Counted from the stretch's first letter, positions 35,728-46,572 are shown. The stretch: DNA of 64,000 nucleotides from an uncultured Gammaproteobacteria bacterium (GCA_964491475.1 CAZBFO010000001.1:327538-391537); one strand, 5' to 3'. Program-made: numbers and translations. Notes: a model not told the origin generated them from the letters alone.

Positions 35728-36336
35728 TCATTCGAACGAGTATGGAACGCCGGTGATGAGGCCGGCGAGTGCGCGCAGGTGCGCCTCCATGTGGTGCTTT
35801 GAGCGATAGGCGGACAGCTCATCGTCGGCCATTTCTGCTAACGTCTTGTGCTCTCCGTCAGGAATGAACACCGTGGCCAGCGGCGACTTGAATGCCGGAC
35901 GCAGCGTTCCCCTTTCGGTCTCGGCGACGCGGCCGCGTTCGCGCCGAGTAAGCACCAACGGCTGCGGATGAAGCGCGTCCATGTAGGCCAGCGCGTCGAC
36001 GAAAGTGCAGGCGCGAGCGGCGTCCGGATAGCACCACAGCAGGTCCAGATACCCGCGGATGCCGAGCTGCTTGGTGGCCCACTTGACGTTAGTGCCGGGA
36101 AAACCCCCGAGCACGTCGATGTGAAAGGCGGAGTCGATCACCATGACAGGCGCCTTGGCGATGGCATAGGCGGCACGGACTTTACCGACGGCAATCTCCT
36201 CGGCGGACTCCGCCTGCAGCTCCGGAAGGTCGACGTCGAGGCGAACGACCTCGATGCCGTAGCCGCCGAGCACGCGGGCGACGCTCGTCACTTTGGCGGC
36301 GTTGCTGGTGGCGAATGACAGTTTTAGCATTGCCAC
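35728..36336 (-). CDS. non-canonical purine NTP pyrophosphatase (Ham1/RdgB/ITPase family)
   Basis: N-terminal LSFATSNAAKV (ATGN..K-type) plus a conserved FHIDV region. Confidence 0.6.
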   Translation of the reverse strand: MAMLKLSFATSNAAKVTSVARVLGGYGIEVVRLDVDLPELQAESAEEIAVGKVRAAYAIAKAPVMVIDSAFHIDVLGGFPGTNVKWATKQLGIRGYLDLLWCYPDAARACTFVDALAYMDALHPQPLVLTRRERGRVAETERGTLRPAFKSPLATVFIPDGEHKTLAEMADDELSAYRSKHHMEAHLRALAGLITGVPYSFE

Positions 36337-36339
36337 GCT

Positions 36340-36655
36340 TCAGGACGACTGACTCGCCCGGAAATCCTCCAGCAACGGAAAAAGTTCCGCGGCCCCGGCG
36401 ATCGTTTCGCGCATCATCTCCTCGTACGGCTGCGGATCCTTTTCGCCGATGTCGGCCATCAGCCGGTCGTAGGCCTTCCGGGGATCGTCATCTTCCTCCA
36501 GGGGAACGTCCGGAGGCAATGCGCCGTCGGGAGAGGTATGGGGCACGTTGAACTGCTGCGCGCAGCCGTCGCACACCAGCGGATGATGCCCGCAGCCGCA
36601 AGCGACCAACGTAACGACCCGAATCTTTCCCTTTCCGCACTTAGGACAGTCCATC
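36340..36655 (-). CDS. small zinc-ribbon protein
   Basis: MDCPKCGKGK...CGCGHHPLVCDGC, then an acidic tail. Confidence 0.45.
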
Positions 36656-36753
36656 TTTGGCTCCTTGTGGATGGCCAGCCCAAAGTAGCAACTAAACAAG
36701 CACCGTGCAAACGCGCGGTGCTTATCCGGCTCCGCAAAAACATGCGGCTCGCT

Positions 36754-37521
36754 TTACCCAAAGCGCTTTCGCACCGGAGACTTCCTGATGTACGCCAACG
36801 CTTCTTCCGCGGTATCGACCAACCTATAGATCTTCATGTCCTCTTTCGAGGCGGCGGCATAGTCCTTGATGACCGTCTGCTCGATCCATTCGAGGAACGG
36901 CGTCCAGAATTCGCGGCCGACCAGGATCATGGGAATCTTCACCGAAATCTTCTTGGTCTGAATCAGCGTCACCAGCTCGGTAAGCTCATCGAGCGTGCCG
37001 AAGCCGCCGGGGAAGTAGACATAGGCCTGCGCCGCGTAGGCCAGCATGACCTTGCGGACGAAGAAGTAATGGAAAGCCTCGCCTTTCTCCACGTACGGGT
37101 TTGCGCGCTGCTCAAAGGGAAGCTTGATGTTCAACCCGAACGAATCCCCTTCCTTGCCGCCTTCGGTCGCTCCGCGATTGCCCGCCTCCATGATGCCGGG
37201 ACCGCCGCCCGTGACGACGCTGTAGCCGTCGTCGGCAAGCAGCTTGCCCAACTTGCGGGCCTCCTCGTACCAGCGGTTGCCCGGCTTAAAGCGGGCCGAT
37301 CCGAATATCGAAACGCTCTTCTTGACGTCGGCGAGGAAATTCCAGCCCGAAACGAATTCAGACATGATCCGCAGAACGCGCCAGTGGAGCGACGATCGGA
37401 AATCGTAATGATGCTCGTTTTCGGGCAGGAACGCGGCGGGGAGGTTGGTCGGACGGGAAGCGGTCTTGCGGGGCTTTTGCGCCTGCTTCGCTTTTCCGCG
37501 AAAGGATTTTTTTGCAGTCAT
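36754..37521 (-). CDS. LOG-family protein (cytokinin riboside 5'-monophosphate phosphoribohydrolase-like, TIGR00730)
   Basis: GGGPGIMEA and PGGFGTLDE motifs. Confidence 0.8.
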   Translation of the reverse strand: MTAKKSFRGKAKQAQKPRKTASRPTNLPAAFLPENEHHYDFRSSLHWRVLRIMSEFVSGWNFLADVKKSVSIFGSARFKPGNRWYEEARKLGKLLADDGYSVVTGGGPGIMEAGNRGATEGGKEGDSFGLNIKLPFEQRANPYVEKGEAFHYFFVRKVMLAYAAQAYVYFPGGFGTLDELTELVTLIQTKKISVKIPMILVGREFWTPFLEWIEQTVIKDYAAASKEDMKIYRLVDTAEEALAYIRKSPVRKRFG

Positions 37522-37580
37522 AGGGATGGTAACGAACGCGGGTATCGTAACACGACGCGACGGCAAAACCAACGCGCAGC

Positions 37581-38042
37581 TCAACGCGCCATCATCCATG
37601 TCCACAGCAATACCGTCGCCGCGGATTGCCAGGCCAAACCGACCCACGCCGGAAGATGCGGGTGAAAGAAATTGTGGTTGCGCGCGTGGAATTTTGACAT
37701 GAAGCCCCACAGCTTCCGGTGGGCGACCATTTCCAGGCCCCACATGACGTCCGGCACGAACGAACCGGCCGCAGCGGCGATCAGGGGAATAGAAATGCCG
37801 CGGGTCCAGGAGTAGTAGCCGAAGACGGCAAGAAACAGCGAACCGTCCACCGCCAAGATGCCGGCGAACCGCAATATCTCATTGCCCTTCTTGGTCCATT
37901 CCCCTACAGGCTCGTCGCCGTGCGGCAGGAAGTCGGCTAGGTAATGCGAAATCCAGCCGACCCCGAAGGCGGCGACGGGATTGGTGATGCCGAGCGCGGA
38001 AACCGCGGCGACGCCGACGGCCGCATGTCCGACTAAAAACAT
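37581..38042 (-). CDS. small integral-membrane protein, possibly YdjM-like metal-dependent hydrolase
   Basis: Four hydrophobic helices with His/Asp-rich loops (YLADFLPHGDE, HARNHNFFHPH). Confidence 0.4.
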   Translation of the reverse strand: MFLVGHAAVGVAAVSALGITNPVAAFGVGWISHYLADFLPHGDEPVGEWTKKGNEILRFAGILAVDGSLFLAVFGYYSWTRGISIPLIAAAAGSFVPDVMWGLEMVAHRKLWGFMSKFHARNHNFFHPHLPAWVGLAWQSAATVLLWTWMMAR

Positions 38043-38045
38043 AGG

Positions 38046-39305
38046 TCAGGCAAGAAAACTTTTTGCGCGCTTTTTGCGATGCCACGAGACGGCGAAGCGG
38101 TGTGCCTCGTCCCTGCAGCGCTGCAGCAGCGGCTTGAAGGCGCGCGCCAGCCGGGCGAGCTCGTAGTCGCCCTTGTCGTAGACCAGCTCATTCTGCTTGC
38201 GATCCGGCCCCTTGGCAATGCCCACCAGCGGGATCTTCAGGCCGTACTGCGCCAGTACATCGCGCGCCGCGCCCATCTGCGGGGCGCCGCCGTCAATCAG
38301 CAGCAGGTCGGGCAGCGGCCACGACTTGCCGTCCTCCGGCCGGACGGTCCGCGCGAAGCGGCGCATCAGCGTCTCGCGCATCATGGCCACGTCGTTCGGG
38401 CCTTCCACGCCCTTAATGCCGAAGATGCGGTATTCCGACTTCTTCGGCTCGCCGTCGACCATCACCGCCATGCTGCCTACGGCATCCTGGCCGGAGGTGT
38501 TGGAGATGTCGTAGCACTCGACACGGCCGAAGATGTTGATGAACTCGGCGTTGCGGCTGTCGTCATGCTTCATGACTGATTCGTCGCGCACGTGCTCGAG
38601 CGCGTACAGGCGGTTACGCAGGTCGGCGGCGTCCTCGAAACGCTCCTCTGCCGCCGCCTTGGCCATCTCGCGCTTCATCTCGCCCGAAACCGCGTCGCGG
38701 CCGCCTTCGAAAAAGCGCATCAGGCGGCGAACGATCTTCTTGTACTGCGCCGAGGTGATGTCGCCGGTGCAGACGCCGGGGCACAGCCCGAGATGCCGGT
38801 AAAAGCAGGGACGCTTGCGTCCCGGTTTGCAGGTGGTCCAGGGAAAGGACTTGCGGAGCGCGTCGAGGCTGGCCCGCACCGCTGCGGCCGACCCGAACGG
38901 TCCGTACACCTTCAGGAACTGCCTCTTGGGCACGCGCGCCAGCTCGTAAGCGCGTATGAGCACGGGCTGCGGGTAGGCCTCGCGTGTGAACGCCAGATGA
39001 ATGAACGACTTGTCATCCTTCTCCATGACGTTGTACGGCGGCTGGAACTTCTTGATGAGCTTGGCCTCGAGCATCAGCGCCTCGACGGCAGTGGGCGTTT
39101 GCTCGTAGTCGATGCGTCGTATCCTGGTGACCATCTGGGCGATGCGCTCGTCGGCGGGCCGCACGAAATAGCTTCCCACGCGCGAACGCAGCGAAGTCGC
39201 CTTGCCGATGTAGAGCAGCTTGCCGTCGGCGTCCCTCATGAAATAGACGCCGGGAGTCGGCGGCAGCTCGCCGTTCTTGATGATGACGTGATCCGGTATG
39301 GCCAT
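38046..39305 (-). CDS. uvrC: excinuclease ABC subunit C lacking the C-terminal (HhH)2 domain
   Basis: GIY-YIG (GVYFMRDADGKLLYIGKA), Cys-containing region, UVR domain (EERFEDAADLRNRLYALE), and endonuclease domain ending RDEAHRFAVSWHRKKRAK. The gene stops there. Confidence 0.8.
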   Translation of the reverse strand: MAIPDHVIIKNGELPPTPGVYFMRDADGKLLYIGKATSLRSRVGSYFVRPADERIAQMVTRIRRIDYEQTPTAVEALMLEAKLIKKFQPPYNVMEKDDKSFIHLAFTREAYPQPVLIRAYELARVPKRQFLKVYGPFGSAAAVRASLDALRKSFPWTTCKPGRKRPCFYRHLGLCPGVCTGDITSAQYKKIVRRLMRFFEGGRDAVSGEMKREMAKAAAEERFEDAADLRNRLYALEHVRDESVMKHDDSRNAEFINIFGRVECYDISNTSGQDAVGSMAVMVDGEPKKSEYRIFGIKGVEGPNDVAMMRETLMRRFARTVRPEDGKSWPLPDLLLIDGGAPQMGAARDVLAQYGLKIPLVGIAKGPDRKQNELVYDKGDYELARLARAFKPLLQRCRDEAHRFAVSWHRKKRAKSFLA

Positions 39306-39370
39306 ACTGATGTCCCAGCATCCCACAAGATGGTCGGAAAATCAAGATTTGCGGGTCCGACCGGCACCCA

Positions 39371-39398
39371 TTGACAAAATCGTATTTTGTGCTAAGGT
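39371..39398 (+). promoter_or_regulatory. promoter TTGACAAAATCGTATTTTGTGCTAAGGT
   Basis: Family member with -35 TTGACA, 16-bp spacer containing TTTTGTG, and -10 TAAGGT. Confidence 0.5.
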
Positions 39399-39434
39399 CT
39401 GGCGTTCGGCAAAAAGCCGACATAGGAGGAATCA

Positions 39435-39947
39435 ATGAACCTTGCACACGCGAATACGCCGCAAATCGACGCGTCCCGCACCGTCGACAACGCCCGCAAG
39501 CTCGTGGAAATGATGCGCGGCTGCTACTGCAGCCTCGACCCCGCGGACCGCGCCGAAGTGCTCAAGCTGGCGCGCGCCCTGCGCACCCTGCTCGACAAGA
39601 GCGGCATGACCCTCAAAGAGGTCGGCTGCTCCGCGGCGGAGATCAACGACATCATCGTTGCCACGCCGGGCCGGACCGAAAGCGTCTCGTCGTTCGGGTT
39701 CCTCCAGGAACAGATGGCCGATGAGACTGCCGAGCTGGCGGTGGAAATCGACTCGGACCTGCTCGAGGAGGACGAGCCGGAGAAGGAGGAAATCTCCAGA
39801 GTCCGGCGCAAGCCGGAAGGGCACCTGTCCTTGATTTGCGGCAGCACCCGCGAACCCCACGTCCGAGCAGACGTGGCCGCCCTCTTGAGGGACTTCAGCG
39901 ACGCGCAGCTGACCGAGATGTTCGACCTCATCCGACTCGCCGGCTGA
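39435..39947 (+). CDS. hypothetical protein (170 aa)
   Basis: AGGAGGA Shine-Dalgarno. Has its own promoter and terminator. No family recognised. Confidence 0.5.
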   Translation: MNLAHANTPQIDASRTVDNARKLVEMMRGCYCSLDPADRAEVLKLARALRTLLDKSGMTLKEVGCSAAEINDIIVATPGRTESVSSFGFLQEQMADETAELAVEIDSDLLEEDEPEKEEISRVRRKPEGHLSLICGSTREPHVRADVAALLRDFSDAQLTEMFDLIRLAG

Positions 39948-39966
39948 ACAAGCGCCCGCGCCCGAA

Positions 39967-39995
39967 AGGCACCCTTGCTGCGGGTGCTTTTTTTA
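39967..39995 (+). terminator. rho-independent terminator (AGGCACCC-loop-GGGTGCTT + T8)
   Basis: Hairpin followed by TTTTTTT. Confidence 0.7.
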
Positions 39996-40006
39996 TCCCC
40001 GCATGA

Positions 40007-40035
40007 TTGACAAAACCGCCTTTTTCTGGTACGTT
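40007..40035 (+). promoter_or_regulatory. promoter TTGACAAAACCGCCTTTTTCTGGTACGTT
   Basis: Family member with 17-bp spacer and TGgTACGTT extended -10. Confidence 0.5.
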
Positions 40036-40076
40036 CTGCGGTCCCCTTTTTTGGGGCGAGACAGGAGAATGCAAAG

Positions 40077-40721
40077 ATGGACCTTCAATCGGCCGACTCG
40101 TCCACGTACCTCATGGGAGCAGCGCTCGTGGTGGCCGTCCTCTGCGGCCTCGTCACTGCCATCGCCTTCGCCCTTCGCGGGCACTTCGCCGAAGCAAGAG
40201 CGACCAAGCTCGTGACCGAGGCGCGGAACCTCATCACTCTCGGCATCTACGCCAGGGACGAGCAAGGCAAGCCCGGCCCGGCAGAGCTGCTGGGCGAGGC
40301 CTACCGCCTGCAGAAGCAGTTCGGCCTCAAGGCCGAAACCATCGGCCTGCGCGACGACGCCGAGATCGACGAGCTCATCAACCGCGCCATCCGCGGCGAC
40401 GCGCCGCCTGCGGCCAAAGCCGCCAGCGAAGTCAGGAATCCGGTCGTCTATGCGTTCGATGACACCGGCTCGATGGGCCACCTGCCCAGAATCATCCACG
40501 ACAAGATGCCGCTGGTCGCCGGGCAGCTCGTCGAGAACGGCTACCTCGAGGATCCGGGGGTCCGCACAATGGCCATCGGCGACACCATGCCCACCGAGGA
40601 CGTCGCCGAGACGCATGCGGAAATCCTGGCCGCGGAAGACGGCACCGACGAATACCTGAAGAACTGCGCCGACATGGCCGCAGGCCTCGAGCACCGCACT
40701 GGCCCCGACGACGTCGACTGA
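40077..40721 (+). CDS. hypothetical membrane-anchored protein (214 aa)
   Basis: N-terminal TM LMGAALVVAVLCGLVTAIAFAL. GGAGAA Shine-Dalgarno. Confidence 0.5.
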   Translation: MDLQSADSSTYLMGAALVVAVLCGLVTAIAFALRGHFAEARATKLVTEARNLITLGIYARDEQGKPGPAELLGEAYRLQKQFGLKAETIGLRDDAEIDELINRAIRGDAPPAAKAASEVRNPVVYAFDDTGSMGHLPRIIHDKMPLVAGQLVENGYLEDPGVRTMAIGDTMPTEDVAETHAEILAAEDGTDEYLKNCADMAAGLEHRTGPDDVD

Positions 40722-40764
40722 ACGTCGAACCAAAAAGAGCACGCATCTCGCGTGCTCTCTTTTT

Positions 40765-43317
40765 TTACTTCGGCAGCAGCCGCTTCAGGTACCGCGCCGT
40801 CCAGGTGTCGGAATAGTGCGCCACTTCTTCCGGCGTGCCGAGCGCGACCACCCGACCGCCCAAGTCCCCTCCTTCGGGACCGAGGTCGACGATGTAGTCG
40901 GCCGTCTTGATGACGTCCAGGTTGTGCTCGATGATGACCACCGAGTTGCCGCGTTCCACCAGCTTCTCCAGCACTTCCAACAGGCGGCGGATGTCCTCGA
41001 AGTGCAGGCCGGTGGTGGGCTCGTCCAGAATGTAGAGCGCCTTGCCGCCGCCGCGCTTGGCCAGCTCGAAGGCCAGCTTCACGCGCTGGGCCTCTCCGCC
41101 GGAGAGCGTCGTGGCCGACTGGCCGAGCTCGATATAGCCGAGACCGACCTCGTTGAGCACGCTCAACTTGTCGTGGATGTACGGAATGTCCTTGAAGAAC
41201 TCGTCGGCGTCCTCGATGGTCATGGTGAGGATGTCGTGGATGCTCTTGCCCTTGTACTTCACGTCGAGCGTCTCGCGGTCGAAGCGCTTGCCCCTGCAGA
41301 CGTCGCAAGTGACGTAGACCGTCGGTAGGAAATGCATCTCGATGGCGATCTGGCCGTTGCCTTCGCAGTTCTCGCAGCGGCCGCCGGGGACGTTGAAGCT
41401 GAAACGGCCCGGCTTGTAGCCGCGGAAGCGCGCCTCCTCGGTGGTGGCGAACAGCTCACGGATGTAGTTGAAGGCGCCGGTGTAGGTGGCCGGATTGGAG
41501 CGCGGCGTGCGGCCGATCGGCGACTGGTCGACCATCACCACGCGGTCCAGGTATTCGATGCCGCGGATGGCCTTGTGCTTGCCGACGGGCAGCTTGGAGC
41601 CGTTCAGCAGGTTCGAGACGTGATTAAAGAGGATGTCCTGCACCAAGGTGGACTTGCCCGAGCCGGAGACGCCCGTGACGCAGACCATGCGGCGCAGCGG
41701 AATCTCCACCTCGACGTTCTTGAGGTTGTTCTCGGTCGCGCCGATGATCTTGATGACCTCGCGGTTCTTGGTGCGGCGCGAAACCGGCACGCGAATCTTC
41801 TTTTTGCCTTGCAAATACTGGATGGTCAGCGACTTGGTGTCCTTGAAGATTTCCGGCGTCGGACCGGCGGCGACCACCTCGCCGCCGTGCTTGCCCGCAC
41901 CAGGACCGAAGTCCACCAGGTAATCGGCGGTCATGATGGTGTCCTCGTCGTGTTCCACCACGATGATGGTGTTGCCGATGTCACGCAAGTTCTTGAGGGT
42001 CGCCAGCAGCTTGTCGTTGTCGCGCTGATGCAGGCCGATGCTCGGCTCGTCCAAGACGTACAGCGCACCCACCAGTCGCGAACCGATCTGCGAGGCCAGG
42101 CGGATGCGCTGCGCTTCGCCGCCGGAGAGCGTTCCGGCCGTGCGTCCGAGCGACAGGTAATGCAAACCCACGTCCAGCAAGAACTGCAGGCGTCCGACGA
42201 TTTCCTTCATCACGCTCTCGGAGATTTCTGCGTCGCGACCCTTGAGTTCCAGCTTGGTCAGGAAGGCATGCGCCTTGTCGATGGCCATGGCAGTGAGCTC
42301 GACGATGTTCTTCTCGTTGACCTTCACGTGCAGGCTCTCCTTACGCAGGCGCAAGCCTTTGCAGTCTTCGCAAGGCTTGTCAGACCAAAGGTGCTCCACG
42401 CCAAGGCCGGTGCAAGTAGGGCACGCGCCATACGGGCTGTTGAACGAAAACAGGCGCGGCTCGATTTCGGGAAAGGAAAAGCCGCAAGACGGACAGCTGA
42501 ACTGGCTGGAGAGCATGCGCTCGCGGCCGTTGCCGTAGACCACGTTCACCACTCCCCCTCCGTATTGCAGCGCGTTCTCGACCGCTTCGGCCAAGCGCGC
42601 CTGCAGCTCCTTGCCGCCGGTGACGGCGTCGGTCTTGGTGATCGTGTCCACGACCAGCTCGACGGTGTGCTTCATGTTGCGGTCCAGCACCAGGCGCGTA
42701 CGCAACGAACGGACGTTGCCGTTGACGCGCGCGCTGGCAAAACCGGCGTTGTACCAGTCATACAGCAGCTGGTGATACTCGCCTTTGCGACCGCGCACGG
42801 ACGGCGCGAGAATGTAGGTATCGGCGTACTCGCGGCGCTTCTTGCCGAAGGCGTCCTGCGACAAGCCTTCGCCATAAGCGTCCTTGGCCTCGGCCATGAT
42901 GTGGTCGACCATCTCCTCGGCGGTCATCTTGCGAATGGCCGTCTCGCACTGCGGGCAATACGGCTTGCCGACGCGGGCGTAGAGCACGCGCAGGTAGTCG
43001 TAGATTTCGGTGATGGTGGCCACCGTCGAGCGCGGATTCGAGGAGTGCGCCTTCTGGTCGATGGAAATGGCCGGCGACAGGCCGGTGATGTCGTCCACAT
43101 CGGGCTTCTGCATCTGTCCCAGGAACTGACGGGCGTAAGCCGAGAGCGACTCCACGTAGCGGCGCTGCCCTTCGGCGAAGATGGTATCGAACGCCAACGA
43201 GGACTTGCCCGAACCGGACAGTCCCGTGAAGACGATCATCTTGTTGCGCGGCAGCGACAGCGAGACGTTCTTGAGATTATGCTCGCGTGCGCCCTTGATT
43301 TCAATGGTTTCTTGCAT
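40765..43317 (-). CDS. uvrA: excinuclease ABC subunit A
   Basis: Two ABC ATPase modules ([20 protein letters not shown]), zinc-finger Cys clusters, and LSGGEAQR signatures. 850 aa. Confidence 0.95.
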   Translation of the reverse strand: MQETIEIKGAREHNLKNVSLSLPRNKMIVFTGLSGSGKSSLAFDTIFAEGQRRYVESLSAYARQFLGQMQKPDVDDITGLSPAISIDQKAHSSNPRSTVATITEIYDYLRVLYARVGKPYCPQCETAIRKMTAEEMVDHIMAEAKDAYGEGLSQDAFGKKRREYADTYILAPSVRGRKGEYHQLLYDWYNAGFASARVNGNVRSLRTRLVLDRNMKHTVELVVDTITKTDAVTGGKELQARLAEAVENALQYGGGVVNVVYGNGRERMLSSQFSCPSCGFSFPEIEPRLFSFNSPYGACPTCTGLGVEHLWSDKPCEDCKGLRLRKESLHVKVNEKNIVELTAMAIDKAHAFLTKLELKGRDAEISESVMKEIVGRLQFLLDVGLHYLSLGRTAGTLSGGEAQRIRLASQIGSRLVGALYVLDEPSIGLHQRDNDKLLATLKNLRDIGNTIIVVEHDEDTIMTADYLVDFGPGAGKHGGEVVAAGPTPEIFKDTKSLTIQYLQGKKKIRVPVSRRTKNREVIKIIGATENNLKNVEVEIPLRRMVCVTGVSGSGKSTLVQDILFNHVSNLLNGSKLPVGKHKAIRGIEYLDRVVMVDQSPIGRTPRSNPATYTGAFNYIRELFATTEEARFRGYKPGRFSFNVPGGRCENCEGNGQIAIEMHFLPTVYVTCDVCRGKRFDRETLDVKYKGKSIHDILTMTIEDADEFFKDIPYIHDKLSVLNEVGLGYIELGQSATTLSGGEAQRVKLAFELAKRGGGKALYILDEPTTGLHFEDIRRLLEVLEKLVERGNSVVIIEHNLDVIKTADYIVDLGPEGGDLGGRVVALGTPEEVAHYSDTWTARYLKRLLPK

Positions 43318-43456
43318 AATGTCGGTTGCGACGACTTAGCAGCATACTGCTGTTCCGATTGCCGGTCAAGGTGACTAGGTGCGACCCTTGCCAAGAACCC
43401 CTTTTTCGTGCATAGTGTCTCGTCGCGTTCCTTGTCCGTCCAAGTAGGAGTCCCCC

Positions 43457-43927
43457 ATGTCAAAGAAGAAAAGCGTCCGAGGTGCGGTGATGTTTGGAGC
43501 GACGGCGACGCCGTCGCGCAAACTGCGACGCCGCGAGCGAGCGAAAATCGCCTCACTTGCCTGGGAGATGAGAAAGAAGCTTCATGTCGCCTGCGGGCTT
43601 GCCGCGGACGACGAACACGCGTTCCACAACCTCAAAATAATGACCGTGCTGATCGAGGCGTGCGATCTCGCCCGTAGCTGTTCCGGCAGAATCCCGCCGC
43701 CGGTCCCGAAGGAAGAAACCGCGATGTCGCAGGGCAGCCTGATCATTGGAATCGAGCTGCAGATGGAGTTGCTCAAGCGGCTGGCGACCGTCGCTGACGA
43801 AGGCGTCAGCCTGACGACCGACTGGGCACGCAAGTATTTTCTCCGCATAGACTGGAACGTATCGGTTCTCTGCGCCTCGGTTGCGAAAAGAGTGGAAGCT
43901 GCTGCGCGAATTGCGCAAGAGCGCTGA
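43457..43927 (+). CDS. hypothetical protein (156 aa)
   Basis: ORF MSKKKSVRGAVMFGATATPSRKLRRRER... with a basic N-terminus. Confidence 0.4.
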   Translation: MSKKKSVRGAVMFGATATPSRKLRRRERAKIASLAWEMRKKLHVACGLAADDEHAFHNLKIMTVLIEACDLARSCSGRIPPPVPKEETAMSQGSLIIGIELQMELLKRLATVADEGVSLTTDWARKYFLRIDWNVSVLCASVAKRVEAAARIAQER

Positions 43928-44060
43928 ATCCGTCTCTCCGAAGAACCCCCTGCGGGGTTCTTTTTTCTTGCGCGGGCCGGCTCTTGCATGCTTGGAAGGT
44001 TTGGGCTTAGATGCTAGGGTGGTTCGTTGGCCCGACGGCCGCGTTCATTGGAGAAGTGCC

Positions 44061-44506
44061 ATGGCAGATATCAAGGAGTACGACAGTATCATCGCTTCGG
44101 CAGATGCCTTCAGGGAGCTCATGTCCGCGACCATCCGCGACCTGTGCCACGCGGCACTGGCGCTGATCGACAGAGGAACGACACCGTCTCCTGCGTGCGC
44201 ACGCTCTTGGCTTCGCGAAAGGCCATTTGCGAGGCGCAAGACCTGCCGCTCACGCGGCCCCAGCGGAAGGAAACCGGCATCGGTCGCGACAGCCTGCGGA
44301 TGACCGTCGGCAGCCTCGTGAGGACCGCAGAAGCGGCCTTCAAGCAGTTCGAGCAGGTCGACGAGAACGGAACGCCTGACGACATCGCCAACTGGCTGTT
44401 CACGCAGGGAAAAACGATCTTCAAGGCGTTCGTCTACCTCATCGGCGACCTGCTTTCCGAGCGGAACCTGCACGATCTCGTGCAGAAACTCGAACCGCTC
44501 GGCTGA
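44061..44506 (+). pseudogene. hypothetical gene with an apparent +1/-2 frameshift near 44175-44195
   Basis: Frame A reads well from the ATG at 44061 (MADIKEYDSIIASADAFRELMSATIRDLCHAALALIDRG) and then degenerates. Frame B reads well from ~44190 to the stop at 44506 (...DLPLTRPQRKETGIG...NLHDLVQKLEPLG). Neither frame is good throughout. Confidence 0.35.
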
Positions 44507-44523
44507 CCGCTCAAGGCTTCCGC

Positions 44524-46572
44524 TTATCGGAAGCCTTTTTTCTTTGGCACGGGGCTCTTACGCGACTCCGCTTTCTTTTTCTTTTCGTCTTCCTTTTTCA
44601 GCATCCTGATTTCATCTCGCAGCAGCGCCGCGAGTTCGAACTCCAGGTTCTTGGCCGCCTCGCGCATCTCCTTTTCCTTTTCGGCAATGACTTCGGACAG
44701 ATCGCGCGTTTCGGCCTTCATCTCCAGCGCCAGCAGGCCCTTGGCCTTGCGGTCGTCGCCCTTCATCAGGTCTTCCATGATGTCCTTGACCGCCTTCTCG
44801 ATGGTCTTGGGCGTGATGCCGTGGGCCTCGTTGTAGGCCATCTGCTTGGCGCGACGACGTTCGGTTTCCTTCATGGCCCGCTGCATCGATCCGGTAATCT
44901 CGTCGGCGTAGAGAATGACTTCGCCGCGCACGTTGCGCGCCGCGCGGCCGATGGTCTGAATCAGCGAGGTCTCGCTGCGCAGGAATCCTTCCTTGTCGGC
45001 ATCGAGAATCGCCACCAGCGTGACTTCCGGAAGGTCCAGACCTTCGCGCAGCAGGTTCACGCCGATCAGCACGTCGTAGGTGCCGCGACGGAAGGCCGTC
45101 AGCGTCTTGACGCGGTCGATGGTGTCGATGTCGCTGTGCAGGTAGGCCACCTTGTACTTCTTTTCCGCGAGATACGCGGACAAGTCCTCGGCCACCTTCT
45201 TGGTGAGCGTGGTCACCATGATGCGCTCGTTCAGCTTGATGCGTTCGTCGATGCGGCCGATCAGGTCGTCGATCTGGCCCTTGTGACCGTCCTTCTCGGT
45301 GACCGACAGCACCGTAATCTTCGGATCGACCAGGCCCGTGGGACGGATCACCTGCTCGGCGATCTGCGCCGACTCCTTGTACTCGAACGGTCCGGGAGTG
45401 GCCGAGACGAACACCGCCTGCGGCACGCGTTCCTCAAACTCCGCAAAGCGCAACGGACGGTTGTCCTGGGCCGACGGCAGGCGGAAGCCGTATTCAATGA
45501 GCGTCTTCTTGCGGGCAGCGTCGCCGTTGAACATGCCTTGAACTTGCGGCAGCGTCACGTGCGATTCGTCGACGAACAGAAGGAGGTCTTTGGGGAAATA
45601 GGCCAGCAGCGTGTCCGGCGGCTCGCCGGGCATGCGGCCGGAGAGGTGACGCGAGTAGTTCTCGATGCCATGGCAATAGCCCACCTCGCGCAGCATCGCC
45701 AGGTCGAAGTTGACACGGCGCTCCAGGCGCTCGGCCTCAAGCGGCTTGCCGTTCCTTGCAAACCAGTCGACGCGCTCCTTGGCCTCGGCGCCGATGGCGG
45801 CGACCGCGCGTTCGCGCTCCGGCCCGCTGGAGATGAAATGCTTGGCCGGGAAAATCCAATATTCGTCTTTCTTTTCAATCGGCTTGCGCGTGACGGGATC
45901 GATCAGCGTGATGGTCTTGATGACCTGCCCGGGCATGTCCACGCGCACGATGACTTCCTCGTGCGCCGGCATGATCTCGATGACGTCGGCGCGTGAACGG
46001 AACGAACCGCGAGTGATGTCGGCGGTGGTGCGTTCGAACTGAATCTGCACCAGCGAGCGCAGGATGTCGCTGCGCGTGAGCGGCTGTCCCACCTTGAGGT
46101 GCAGGTGCGAAGCACGATAGGCCTCCGGCGCACCAAGGCCGTAGATGCAGGACACCGACGACACGATGATCACGTCGCGGCGCGTCAGCAACGCCTGGGT
46201 GGCGCTGTGGCGCAGACGGTCGATTTCCTGATTGATCATCGCCTCCTTCTCGATGTAGGTGTCGGAGGTCGGCAGGTAAGCCTCCGGCTGGTAGTAGTCG
46301 TAGTACGACACGAAGTACTCCACCGCATTCTTGGGGAAGAACTCGCGGAACTCGTTGCAGAGCTGGGCCGCGAGGGTCTTGTTGTGGGCGATGACCAGCG
46401 CCGGTCGGCCGGCGTTCCTGATGACGTTGGCCATCGTGAAAGTCTTGCCCGTGCCGGTGGCGCCGAGCAAAGTTTGGTATCGTAAACCGCGCTTCACGCC
46501 GTCCGTGAGCTTCTCGATGGCCTCGGGCTGGTCGCCCTTGGGTTCGTATTTGGAGACAAGTTGGAAGTCCAT
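44524..46572 (-). CDS. uvrB: excinuclease ABC subunit B
   Basis: Helicase motifs GATGTGKTFT and DESHVT, a beta-hairpin region, and a C-terminal UVR domain (ELAALLRDEIRMLK). 682 aa from MDFQLVSKYEP. Confidence 0.95.
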   Translation of the reverse strand: MDFQLVSKYEPKGDQPEAIEKLTDGVKRGLRYQTLLGATGTGKTFTMANVIRNAGRPALVIAHNKTLAAQLCNEFREFFPKNAVEYFVSYYDYYQPEAYLPTSDTYIEKEAMINQEIDRLRHSATQALLTRRDVIIVSSVSCIYGLGAPEAYRASHLHLKVGQPLTRSDILRSLVQIQFERTTADITRGSFRSRADVIEIMPAHEEVIVRVDMPGQVIKTITLIDPVTRKPIEKKDEYWIFPAKHFISSGPERERAVAAIGAEAKERVDWFARNGKPLEAERLERRVNFDLAMLREVGYCHGIENYSRHLSGRMPGEPPDTLLAYFPKDLLLFVDESHVTLPQVQGMFNGDAARKKTLIEYGFRLPSAQDNRPLRFAEFEERVPQAVFVSATPGPFEYKESAQIAEQVIRPTGLVDPKITVLSVTEKDGHKGQIDDLIGRIDERIKLNERIMVTTLTKKVAEDLSAYLAEKKYKVAYLHSDIDTIDRVKTLTAFRRGTYDVLIGVNLLREGLDLPEVTLVAILDADKEGFLRSETSLIQTIGRAARNVRGEVILYADEITGSMQRAMKETERRRAKQMAYNEAHGITPKTIEKAVKDIMEDLMKGDDRKAKGLLALEMKAETRDLSEVIAEKEKEMREAAKNLEFELAALLRDEIRMLKKEDEKKKKAESRKSPVPKKKGFR

